This document shows positions 23,492 to 34,126 of a DNA stretch of 64,000 nt, piece after piece. Made by a program: the position numbers and the translations under genes. The stretch covers positions 558,001-622,000 of the forward strand of contig JAIVFI010000019.1 in assembly GCA_025558095.1 (NCBI GenBank), written 5' to 3'. Numbering within the stretch: position 1 is the stretch's first letter; every line of letters starts with the position of its first letter. The notes under the pieces were generated by a model, which saw only the letters and a list, made by a program, of their open reading frames with translations, was not told the DNA's origin and ran no database searches. This stretch comes from Hyaloraphidium curvatum SAG 235-1. Taxonomy: Eukaryota; Fungi; Monoblepharomycota.

Positions 23492-25361
23492 ATGGCTCTG
23501 CACTCGAAGCACGATGTGGTCCGGAAACCCGGTCACACGCTGGACGACGAGGTGTACTGCACCCAAGACGCGGTCCACGCGCTGCCGAAATGGCGTTTCC
23601 CGAAGACGGCCCGGAACTCTTCGGTCGTCTCGGCCCTCGTCATGGACGAGCTGTGAGGTTCTGCGAGCGATGGCGCGTCGGGGACGCTGACGAACCCGCG
23701 ACACCGACGCCGGGCCCCAGGATGCTCGATGGGAACTCGAAACAGAACATGGCAACCTTCTGCCAGACCTACTTGGACCCGGACGTGCGGAGGATCCTTG
23801 ACGCTGCGGTCGACAAGGTGACTTCGAGTTGTCCGTCGCCCAGGTCCCTGAACTGACTCCGACGTCGATGGTTTAGAACATGATCGACAAAGGTCTGTGA
23901 GAGCCTCTCTGGGACGGCGAAAAGAGTGTGTGACGCGTTCGTAGACGAGTATCCGAACACGGCGGAGATCGAAGCCCGCTGCATGCACATGGTTGCGAAC
24001 CTCTGGAACTCGCCGGACGAGCACGACGCCGTGGGCTGCTCGACGACTGGCTCATCGGAAGCCTGCATGCTCGGCGGTCTTGCTGCTCTAAGGCGTTGGA
24101 GGGAGGCCAGGAAGAAGGAAGGAAAGCGTGGGTTCTCCAGCTGTCACACCATCCTTCGCGATGGCTCACGGACCCGCAGCTACGTCGAACCCGAACATGA
24201 TCACGGGCGCCGTTCAGGTGTGCTGGCACAAGTGAGTGGCTTGATAAAGGGCTTATTCTCCAGCTTACGGCCCAACACAGGTTCGCCAACTACTTTGACA
24301 TCGAGCTCCGCGAGGTCCCTATGGACGAGGGCCGTTTCTGTCTCTCCCCGGAAGAAGTCATCAAGCGCTGCGACGAGAACACCATCGTCGTCGTACCCAC
24401 TCTAGGCCTCACCTTTACCCTGCACTACGAGCCCGTGGGAGAGATTGCCGCAGCCCTCGACAAGCTTCAGGCGGAAAAGGGCTGGGATGTCGGTGTCCGG
24501 AATCGGGCTTTGCAACGGCCGCCGAGCTAACTTTTGACTTTTGACTCCAGATTCCTATTCACGTCGATGGTGCCAGCGGAGGCTTCATCGCCCCGTTCAT
24601 TCACCCCGACATGCCGGCCTGGGACTTCCGCCTGCCGCGCGTGAAGTCCATTTCGGCTTCGGGGCACAAGTTCGGACTCGCACCGCTTGGCGTGGGCTGG
24701 GTCATTTGGAGGGAGAAGAAGGACCTGCCGGCCGAGCTGATCTTGTGGGCTTTATGGCGCTTGACCAGTGGATGTCGATTTTGCTGACGATTGCTCTCCA
24801 TAGCAACGTGAACTACCTCGGCGGCAACCTCCCGACCTTCTCCTTCAACTTCTCGCGCCCCGGAGGCCAGGTCATCGCCCAGTACTACCTGTTCCTGCGT
24901 CTCGGCCGCGAGGGTTACGCCGCCATCCATGACACGTCCAGCAAGGTTGGCAAGTACATTGCCGACGAGATCGCGAAGATCGGGCTTTTCGAGTGAGTCT
25001 TTCCGCTATTCCTAACACGTAAGAGCTCATAGGCCCGCTTCGCAGCATCCTTTACGACGGCATTGGCGGCATTCCTGGCGCTTGCTGGGCTCTGAAGGAA
25101 GGGCTGGAACCCAAGCCTACGTGGACGCTGTACGACCTCGCCGACCGGCTTCGCACCAAGGGCTGGCTGGTGCCGGCCTACAGCCTCGTCCCCAACCTGG
25201 ACAAGCTCGTGATCCAGCGCGTCCTTTGTCGCCACGGCTTCTCGATGGACCTGGCGCGGAAGCTCATGACCGACGTGCACGAGCAGATCGACCTCCTCGA
25301 GAAGCACCCTGTGCAGCTGCCGATGGACGAGAAGGAGACCGGCGGTTTCAAGCACACTTGA
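23492..25361 (+). CDS. gad: Glutamate decarboxylase (PLP-dependent), bacterial GadA/B type
   Basis: Spliced motifs [59 protein letters not shown] (PLP lysine), VNYLGG..NFSRP, C-terminal FKHT; 8 introns. Confidence 0.95.
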
Positions 25362-25672
25362 TAGCACATATTTCATAGGACGTAGATCTAATCTTCACGC
25401 TTTTTCATTGAGATTGTGTGCGAGGTGCCGGCATTCGATGCGATCCGCTTGGCTGCTGGCGCGTGGTGCCCCGTGCAGAGATTTTCGCGACGTGTTTGCA
25501 CACCCATTTCAACACCTCTTTCCACGCGTCCTCCCATCGCAATGGTGAGATATGAGTGCCGTAAGCCGGCTCTGTCTGATCCGGAGTGTCTACCGGCGGG
25601 AATGTTCCTTTGATGGTCCACCGGAACCGCGGCGTCCCGCTCATCGCGGACCATCTCCCACCCCTTGTCAAC

Positions 25673-25730
25673 ATTCTCATTGGCTTCTTTGCCCCATTCT
25701 CTGACACATATGATTTCTAATTCTCATTGG
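25673..25730. promoter_or_regulatory. Paired reverse CCAAT boxes (ATTCTCATTGG x2) upstream of the peroxiredoxin
   Basis: Identical 11-mer at 25673 and 25720, 50-100 bp before the predicted ATG. Confidence 0.4.
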
Positions 25731-25778
25731 TGGGTGTCTCCGGTGGATCCCTGGGGGATTGGGGGCGTGCCGGCCGGC

Positions 25779-26824
25779 ATGCTCACGTCCCGATCTGCGC
25801 TGCCCGCAGCGCAGCAGCGTACTTACAGGCTGCTTTCCGTCTCTCGCACCGCGCTTGCCTGCTATTCTGCCCCGCTCGCTCCGCGACCGGCCCGTCTTGC
25901 CCCCTTGTCGGCTCTCTCCGCCCCCGTTCGGCCTTCGACAGCACCACACGCGCAACGCCTGCATGTTCGGCGGTATGCTGTGCAGGCCACTCCTATCAAG
26001 GTCAGCGAGACGGTCCCGAACGTGACCTTCCGCCACGTTGTGCGCGATAAGAACGCCGGGGAGAACGTTTGCAAGCAGCTGTCCGGCGGGAAGGCCTCGG
26101 AGCTGGACTACGACAAGTTCTTCAAGGGGAAGAAGGTCGTTCTCGTCAGCATCCCCGGACCTTACACTAGCGTGGGTCATGGACTGTTTGTCGTGAAGGC
26201 GGAGGTCTGACGCGCTCATGTCGGTTGCCGCCTCGCGATCACAGACTGTGGGATCCGAAATCCGATTGCGATGGTCTCGAAGACGCGTAGCTGACTCTCA
26301 ATCATGTGGTAGTGCTCCAACGTCCACCTTCCTGGCTTCATCGACAAGCTCGACGAGATCAAGTACGTTGATTCGGCAGGCAACCTCCCGAGTCATCACT
26401 AATAGCGCGCGTGCAGGGCCCTTGGTGCCGACACTATTGCCTTCTACTCGGTTGCCGACCACTGGGTGATGGCAGCTTGGGGCGCCGAGTTTGGCGTCGA
26501 TGACAAGATCGTGGGTTTTCTGCCGACCAGACCGGCCACGACGGCTCACGCGGTACGGGTTGGCAGGTGTTCCTGGGGGATGGGTCGGGCAACTTTGCCA
26601 AGCAGACTGGACTGACGCTGGACCTTTCTGCTGTCGGGATGGGTCTCCGGAGCCCGCGGTTCGCGATGGTCGTGGACGTAAGTCCTGGCCCGTCTGCAGT
26701 AAAGCTCTCGACTGATAGTGGCCAACAGGACGGCAAGGTGACCTACCTCGGCATCGAAAGCAAGCCCGGGGTTTCCGTCTCGGGGGCCGATGCCGTCATC
26801 GAGTTCCTCAAGGGCGGCAAGTAA
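25779..26824 (+). CDS. Peroxiredoxin, Prx5/Ahp1 type, with putative mitochondrial presequence
   Basis: KKVVLVSIPGPYTS-T-CSNVHLPGF, SVADHWVMAAWG, GDGSGNF, GMGLRSPRFAMVVD; Arg/Ser/Ala-rich N-terminus; 5 introns. Start codon uncertain. Confidence 0.9.
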
Positions 26825-26842
26825 AGAGCTGTAGCCGCCAAT

Positions 26843-29219
26843 TTAGTGGAAAGAGCAATCTATCTTCCTCTGCTGCTGAGCACATGGTTTATTTCTTTTT
26901 CTTCCGCGCCTTACGCAGAGCATCCCCAGAAAGGATTACGCCCGGACTCGAGGACCCGTTTTCTTTTGCAGGCTCGGGTTCCGGAGGAGGAATGGCATCT
27001 TGCGGCGCCGAGAAGCCCAACACAGAGGCGTCTGCTTTCCGTTAGCCTAGCTCTCCGCCGAAAAGACAAGAGCTCACATAACGATCCGAGATCCTGTCCG
27101 TCCGAAGCACCAGATACCGGCGACGCCGGCAATGGCGTGAGCTGAGGCACGACGCTCATTTTGTTTTTCGCTGCCGGAGGCGAGATCTGGCGCTGAGTCT
27201 CATCCCTGGCGGAAGCGTTAGTACCGAGTCCAAACAGCCCTGTTATGGTTCTCACCTGAGCTGATCAGCAAAGCTGGTCCACCGACTGTTGCTCTCCAGC
27301 AGCTGCCTCAAATACCCTCCTGGCAGCTCCAACGACGCCGCGAGCCGGATGGCATTGCAAAAGAGGATCACCATACCGCGTAGCTCGCTTTCGAAGGAGT
27401 CCATGAGCCTCTCCAGCATTTTGCTCTTCGACAGCACGGTCTTCAGAGTCTTCGTCTGCCCAGACTTCAAAAGGACATCGAAGAGCTTGAAGAAGGTCGT
27501 GTGCAAACAGCTGTTCGACCTGGAGGCACGTCAAACGTACGATCCAAAAGCAAGGTGGGAAACGTACCTGTGCTCAAAGAACCAGGTGACGAGCTGTTTC
27601 CAAGGCAACGCAAGGACGACGTCGGCCCGTTGATCCGGACACGACTTGACCACCTCACACAGGATCTCGAGCAGCTGCAGACGGGCAACAGTGAAACGCC
27701 TTCAGAACATATCAGCAACGCTTCGGCTTCATCGCAAGAAAGCAGCGCGGCATACTTTTGGCTCCCGGATCCTTTTTCGACATGGAAGTCGCCAAATTGC
27801 AGCGCGCGGCACAGCTCCTCTGCCTTGGACGCACAATGCAGAATGGTTTTCTGCTGCACATCCTTCAACGGCAGGTTCTTTGTGTCGTTCGCGGCTGCTC
27901 CAAAGATCATGATCGGCCGCGGAGGCCGGTAGGTGCTTCAGGGGGCCATCAGACTTCCGTCGAGGTGGTCGGGGAACACAATCAATCACCTCTTGAACAC
28001 GAGGGCATGTAGGACGTCGATGCTGCTCCGCTGCTTGACCGAGGACGACGCCTTGGATGCCAAAGCCTGGTACAGCGTGTAAGGATCTCCCCCACGGCTG
28101 CAAACCTGCGACTTACAGCAACGAGACGATCGACCACGACGCCGGTCTCGGCAGCACGAAAGAGGATCCAAGATTCGTCGACGCCCGCGGCGTCTTCGAC
28201 CAGCCGAACCAGGAAGTCGGAGGAAGCTTCGGATCACGTCAGACAACACCCCCGGTGTCTCCACTGCGGCGCCCCTTGCCGGGAAACACGTACAGGAAAC
28301 CGCGGCGTCCTCGTCACCATCCACAACGCAGCCCACCATCATCTCCAGGAACCCGGCCTTCCTCAGCGCTTCGTACCGCTTTATGGAATCCAACCGCTGC
28401 TCCTTCGATCCCGGAGCGAAGATGGCCGACAGGAGCATGTCCGCCACGGTGCTGTCCGTCTGCAGGTACCGCGCCATTTCGAACACGAAAGGCCGGTCCG
28501 CGTCGTTCGCGCCGGCCAAGTCCGGGGGCAAGGGAGAGATGTACGCCTGCGCCAGAGCGCGCGGGAACCTCGCCAGGAGGTGGTCGTGGACGCGCTTGAC
28601 AGAGGAGAGACCAGAGGAGGCGTTGGTCACGATTGCGCGCTGCAGACCGTGGACTGGCGGCGGGCACATTCAGCTTCGCCAAATACGGGGTGCGAGGTTG
28701 TACCGACCGATGCGTTCGCTCTTTGCTTCCAGAAGCTGGAGAGAGCAGTCGTCGATAGCCGAAAGCACGTCTGCGACCTTGCCGGCCCGGCGATTCCCGT
28801 CGGCGGACCCCTCAGACGTGCCAGAGCTGCCCTGATCGTCCACGAGATAGCCGAGAAACATATCCAGAAAGTCTAATTGGTGTCGAGGGAGGAGCTTGCG
28901 TTGGGCACAGGTCCTTTCGCGTCCTCGACCGCTACCCACCGTCGACCATGAGCAAGTCTATCATTTTTGGATCCAATCTCGGCCTTTGGAGATCCAAGAA
29001 CCGCTCTATCAGGCCCTTGGCGGGTCCCAGCAGGTCCTTCCGGGCCTCGATGCTCGCGGCGGCCATCTTTGTCGCCAGCTCGTCCACGGCATCGTGGAGC
29101 GTCGACGGGGCCGCGGACGGCCCCGCCTCTTCCTCATCTGCCTGGCCTCCGGCAGAAACTTCCGAGAAAAAGTCATTCGCGTTCCACACCGCGAGCCCCC
29201 TGTCCATAGGAAGCGCCAT
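26843..29219 (-). CDS. SAPS-like (PP6/Sit4 regulatory subunit-like) alpha-helical protein, multi-exon
   Basis: Series of minus-strand exons, including spliced WKQLVTWFFEHR-FNSCLHTTFFKLF that resembles the SAPS FF..NNFLH motif. Exon boundaries only partly resolved. Confidence 0.5.
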
Positions 29220-29506
29220 CGCGGGGTCCGTTCAAGTCCGGTTCACGCGGGTCGGAGGATCATCAAGGCCCCTCGACCGCGATGAAAAACAAGGGCAAAC
29301 GCGGATGTGCTCCGGCCCAAGTTCGATTGGTCGAGCTAGCAAGGAGAAGGCGAAGCGTGACGACGCGGCAACGACGCGGCGGCGGGACGACGGTCCACGC
29401 TGTTTCAACTCAAAGTCGAGGAGAGTCTTCCTTTCCGACGATCTTTCCACCCGCGACACGTCGACGCGCCTGCTCCGGACGCGTCGCACGGGCCCACGGA
29501 TGCCCA

Positions 29507-31108
29507 ATGCGGCTCGCCGTCCGGGCACTCAACCTCCTGCTCCGGCCAAGGAGCTTTCCCCACGTTCTCACGAAGCTCGTGGGCCTTTTCTCGGCATACG
29601 TGCTCCTATTTCATGTCGCGCTGCCCTTCTTCACGCACCCGCTGGGGCCGCGGGGCCACCTCGACTTTCTCCGGGGCGTGAGCCGGCCTCTCTGGGACCG
29701 CCGCCCGAACATTCCGTCGCGCTACCTGGTCGATTTCGGCCAGCACTTCGACGCCGACCTGGAAGCCTCGCTCGTCGCCGGCGATATCTGGAGGGCCGAC
29801 TGGGCGGCCAGGTGCGCCGCGGCCGGGTGGGCCGCGCGCAACCGGACCTCGGTCCCGCGGCTGTGGGACGTGGTGCACTTCAACAACGACCTGGAGCTGC
29901 TGGAAGTGCGGCTGCACGAGCTGCAGCACGTCGCGGACGTGGTGGTGATCGCCGAGTCGGCTGTCACCTACACGGGGAGGCCGAAAAAGCTCTTCTGGGA
30001 CGGGGGTGGGAGGCAGGAGCTGGAGAGGCGCGAGGCGGAGGCGTACCTGGCGGCGGAGCGGCGTCTGAACCGGACGCTGGCTGCCTTGGAGAGGGACCCG
30101 TTGAACGCGGGCCTCCAGGCCGCCGCGTTTGAGCTGCGGCGGCAGAGGTTGCAGATTCTCTCCCCGGCCTTCTTCCGGAACAAGGTCCTCCACCTGGTCT
30201 ACAACCCCACGGACCCGACCTTTGTCCCGAATGCGACCACGGCGTCGCAGGCATGGAACAACGAGGGGCTGCAGCGCGCGTTCGTGTACGAGAGGATCGT
30301 CTTCGGGTCGAGGAAGATCGCGCCGGGCGATCTGCTCCTCACGAGCGATGCCGACGAGATCCCGAGGGTGGGCCGTGCTATCGTTGCTTCGTTCGCGCAT
30401 CTGAGCATCCCTTTGTGGCAGGCCTCTTTGCTCTGGACCCTCAAGATGTGCACGGGTTATCCGGGATCCGGGGAATACCTCCCCCATGAATTCGCCCGCC
30501 GGGCGGATCTCGCCGTTTCGGAGCTCGCCTCGCTCCCTCCCCTCCCCACCACCGAACCTCTCGCGCTGCACCTCAAGCTGCACAACTCCCTTTATTCCTT
30601 CGATCACGGCTTCCGTTCCACGATGGAGAACTGGAACGCCAATATCCAACCCTACAGATCGTACTACGAGAGCCCCCCCGTGCGCTTCCACGCCAACTCG
30701 GAGTGGATCGCCGCGCGCGCGGGCTGGCACTGCTCCTTCTGCCTTCGCACCCTGGCCGGCGTGGAGGAGAAGCTGCGCGGGTACAGCCACTTTGACCGCC
30801 TCGGCTCCGGCGCGCGGCGGCGCCGCCTGCTCGACCGGCGGGAGATGCAGCGCGCCCTGTGCTCGGGGCGCAACCTGTTCGGGTTCGTGCCCGAGGAGTG
30901 GGACTTCCCGAGCCTTGTGGCAAACTTCAGGGGTGCGGAGGGGAGGCCGGGGGACGAGAGGGAGGTGGATGCGCCGTCGTGGCTGGTGCGGGAAGTGGCG
31001 AGGGAGAAAAAGGAAGGAAGGAGGAGGCTGCGGTACCTGCTGGGCGGGAGGGACTGCGTGCGCGAGGACTACGCGGGGACGTGGGACGGACTGGGCCTCG
31101 AGGGGTAG
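29507..31108 (+). CDS. Glycosyltransferase family 17 (MGAT3/GnT-III-like)
   Basis: N-terminal TM; FNNDLELLEVRLHEL..VIAES..TYTG.PK; SDADEIP; AGWHCSFC; YSHFD. In-frame intron 30368..30421. Confidence 0.9.
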   Translation: MRLAVRALNLLLRPRSFPHVLTKLVGLFSAYVLLFHVALPFFTHPLGPRGHLDFLRGVSRPLWDRRPNIPSRYLVDFGQHFDADLEASLVAGDIWRADWAARCAAAGWAARNRTSVPRLWDVVHFNNDLELLEVRLHELQHVADVVVIAESAVTYTGRPKKLFWDGGGRQELERREAEAYLAAERRLNRTLAALERDPLNAGLQAAAFELRRQRLQILSPAFFRNKVLHLVYNPTDPTFVPNATTASQAWNNEGLQRAFVYERIVFGSRKIAPGDLLLTSDADEIPRVGRAIVASFAHLSIPLWQASLLWTLKMCTGYPGSGEYLPHEFARRADLAVSELASLPPLPTTEPLALHLKLHNSLYSFDHGFRSTMENWNANIQPYRSYYESPPVRFHANSEWIAARAGWHCSFCLRTLAGVEEKLRGYSHFDRLGSGARRRRLLDRREMQRALCSGRNLFGFVPEEWDFPSLVANFRGAEGRPGDEREVDAPSWLVREVAREKKEGRRRLRYLLGGRDCVREDYAGTWDGLGLEG

Positions 31109-31578
31109 TGCAGGGGGTAGTGCAGGGGTGCTCAAAAGGCTTATCGGAAGCGATGCCGGCTCTCCAGCTGCCCTATTGTCGCATACAGACGCCTCCAATC
31201 GTCGATCAGACTGCGGGTGCCCTAGCGGGGGCGGTGCGCAAGGGCAGAAGATGCCGTTGCCGATCCGACCAACCTTCCGCAACGCGGCGAGACGCGGACC
31301 TTCGGCAACGGGGCTCCTCCGCTGCTCGAAATTCGTGCCGGTGTGGCGATCGCCGCACCCTCCTTTTCGAGTCACTTGGGGCCCCACGGCGCCGCTCGAG
31401 GAAGCCGACACAGCGCGCGCGCGGCCCCTGACCGCCCGCTTCGTCTCCCGGCCCCGACAAACCCCGCCCGACGCCTCCCGGTGTCTGGAGAAAGCGGCAC
31501 CCGACTCAAAACTTCGGACACTCCTCGTTCCGCGGCCCGCCGCGCCGGGCTCCCAGTTTCCGCCCCGCGGCTTCCGCG

Positions 31579-33809
31579 ATGAATATCACCCCGCTCTTCA
31601 CGGCCTCGCTGGCCTTCACGAAGGGCGCGGTCCGCAAGTACCACCGGCGAAGGAACCTTAGGGACGATGCCGTGGTCGCGCTGGATCGCGCCGGCGAGGA
31701 CGCCGAGACTGCCGAAGGTGCGTCGGGTCGGGCGGAGTCATCGGATCTGTCGGGGATTCCCTGGCCTCCCGGACGGCCGCGGTTCTGCGGGATTCGTGTC
31801 GGCTTAATGCGTTTGGCGTCGGCCGCGTCCGGCCGAGCAGACCGCGGGCCGGCACTCCTCGGTGCTCCAGTCGGGCGACCCTCAAAACGCTTCCCCTGGC
31901 CGGTGCTCCGGAAACAGATGCTGACCCCGATTCTCCCCTCCTTCCCGCCTCTGCAGGTGCTCCCGCACGCATTATTGCGCGTCCGCATCCCGCACCGCCG
32001 CCGACCCCTCCGCCGACCCCGACTGATCCGGCCGAGGACATGCTCTCCCAAATGACCCTCGCACCCCCGACCCGTGTGCCTCCCCCCGCTTCCTCCACCT
32101 CCCATTCCGCCAACACATCTTCTTACGACGCCGAGGATGACCAGGGGCCCGCTTCGAGGTCTGCAGCCTACGGCGATGCCGCCCCGCGTTCGACATCGGC
32201 ATCGGCAGCGGGTGTGGCAATCAGCGTCAACCTGCCGCCAGCTCCGTGGTACCTGTCTCCTCCGGAACAGACCGAGTACCGCCGATTGCAGGCCTGGATC
32301 GTATCCCAAGGACTCCCGCTGACCCTGCCCAGCACAACTCCGCCCGGGCGCGGCTTCTCCTGGCGCCGAAAGTTCACCACTTCGACCAACGGACCCAGGC
32401 GCTTCCTTGTCAACGCCGACGTCCCCCCGGAAATGCCCGCGGACGCGGGCCGCTCCTCGCCCAACGGGCGCAACTCCTCCTCGTCCGGCTCCGGCGACGG
32501 CGAGGCCCTCCCCGTCCCGCGCACCCGCACCGCCTCCTCCAACTCGACCACGGGATCCACCACCGCCTCCGCCTTCATCCGCGCGCGCACGCCCTCCCCG
32601 CGCGACCCCCCGCAGCAGACCTGGTCGGGGGTCAGCGTGCACTCGGACGTCTCGCTCACGTTCCGACGGCGGGTGCCGTCGCCGCTCGGCACGGGCGGGC
32701 GCACCGTGGTTGCGGACGCGCCGCTGTATCCCGGGCCGAGGGGCGAGAGGGGGTTCTACTTCGAGGTGCTCGTGTCGGAGCTCGGGTCCGGCAAGACTGC
32801 CCCCCCGGGGTACGTGACCACCGTCGGCCTGAACGCCGAGGGATCGCAGGCGGTGGACATGCTCGTCGAGCGCATGATGCTCGCATCGTCGCACCTGACG
32901 CTGGAGGAGGCGCGGCAGATCGCCGAGGTCGTGGTCAGGGACGAGGAGGAGACGAGGGCGCGGATCAGGCGGGCCGTCACGGGGTCCGACGCTCCGCCGA
33001 CGCCGGTGAGCCCCACCGCGCCGGGACAGGCCCAGCGGGGCGCGAACGCGCTCCCGGAGGAGGGCCGCGGGGGGATCTTTGGCGGGCTGTTCCGGAGCCG
33101 GCGTGGGAGCACCGCCCCGGCCCGCCAGGCCAAACCGAATCCGCCGCCCAACGCCAAGCTGCACCAGGAGTTCAAGCTTTCCATCGGGCTCGCCACGCGT
33201 CCCTTCCCTCCCTTTGTCCTCCCGGGCTTCTTCCCCTCGTCGATCGCCTTCGTCTACTCGCCGTTCGAGGGTTGCTACATCTCGTACGTTTTCGAGCAGG
33301 AAGGCGGCGGCCGGGTCAAGGACAAGAAGGTCCTGCTGGACCGCGGCTGCGTCGGCGGCCGCGGCGGGGACCGCGAGCCGCTGCACCTCCGCCTCGGGGA
33401 CACGATCGGCTGCGGCTACAATCCCGCGCGGGGCGTCTACTTCACCCTCAACGGATGCCGCCTCTCCATCCCCAGCCGCAAGGTGCAGAGCAACGGCGGC
33501 TTCGTCGTCCCTCCCTGCGCAAAGGAGCACCCGCTGTTCCCGGCCGTGGGCTCCAACGGGCCGTGCCAGCTGCTCTGCAACATCGGTGCAGCGCCGTTCG
33601 AATGGGACGGGTCCGCGCTCGCCGATCCGTGGAACCAGACCTTTGGCGATGCGCTGGAGGGCGAGTCCGGGGAGCACGACTTGTGGACCTTTGGGTGGGA
33701 GGAGGAGCTGGACAACGTGAGGCGGATGCGCGGCGATGGGGCCTGGAGGCCGCCTCCGTACGACAGCCCTCCCGAGTACGACGAGGTCCCGTCCCGCGGG
33801 TCGGGATGA
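31579..33809 (+). CDS. SPRY-domain protein with C-terminal PY motifs (Ssh4/Ear1-like)
   Basis: YFEV, SIGLATRPFPPFVLPG, GDTIGCGY, VYFTLNG, LFPAVGSNG..NIG; PPPY and PPEY at the C-terminus. Upstream exon joined in frame by intron 31718..31956. Confidence 0.8.
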
Positions 33810-34126
33810 GCGGTCTTGTGCCAGTTGTGTATTTTGGAACCAATCCGATGGCATGGTTTTGGCTCGAAGCTTACCAATCGCTTATTCATTCGTCACTTTG
33901 GGACGTCTACGAATCGATAGGGACCCTCTCATTCGGGAGGTGGGCCGTCGATTAGTCAAGGCTTGTCGGGGCTGTGGAGCCGAGCACCGTGAGGGTCGGC
34001 AGCGGCCTCGAGTGCGGCTTGGGAAATCCACGACCTTATGGCGCTACCAGGCTATCTGCTGCATCCTACGGTGCCTATTGGCCAGCAAAACGATGATCGC
34101 TGTTGGTTCGTGCGGTTGGGGACCTA

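Noticed and set aside
25405-25707. 100-codon minus-strand ORF between GAD and the peroxiredoxin
   Set aside because: Non-ATG start, no recognisable motif, overlaps the likely promoter.
31101-31130. 13-bp duplication around the GT17 stop codon
   Set aside because: Too short; consistent with trivial slippage.
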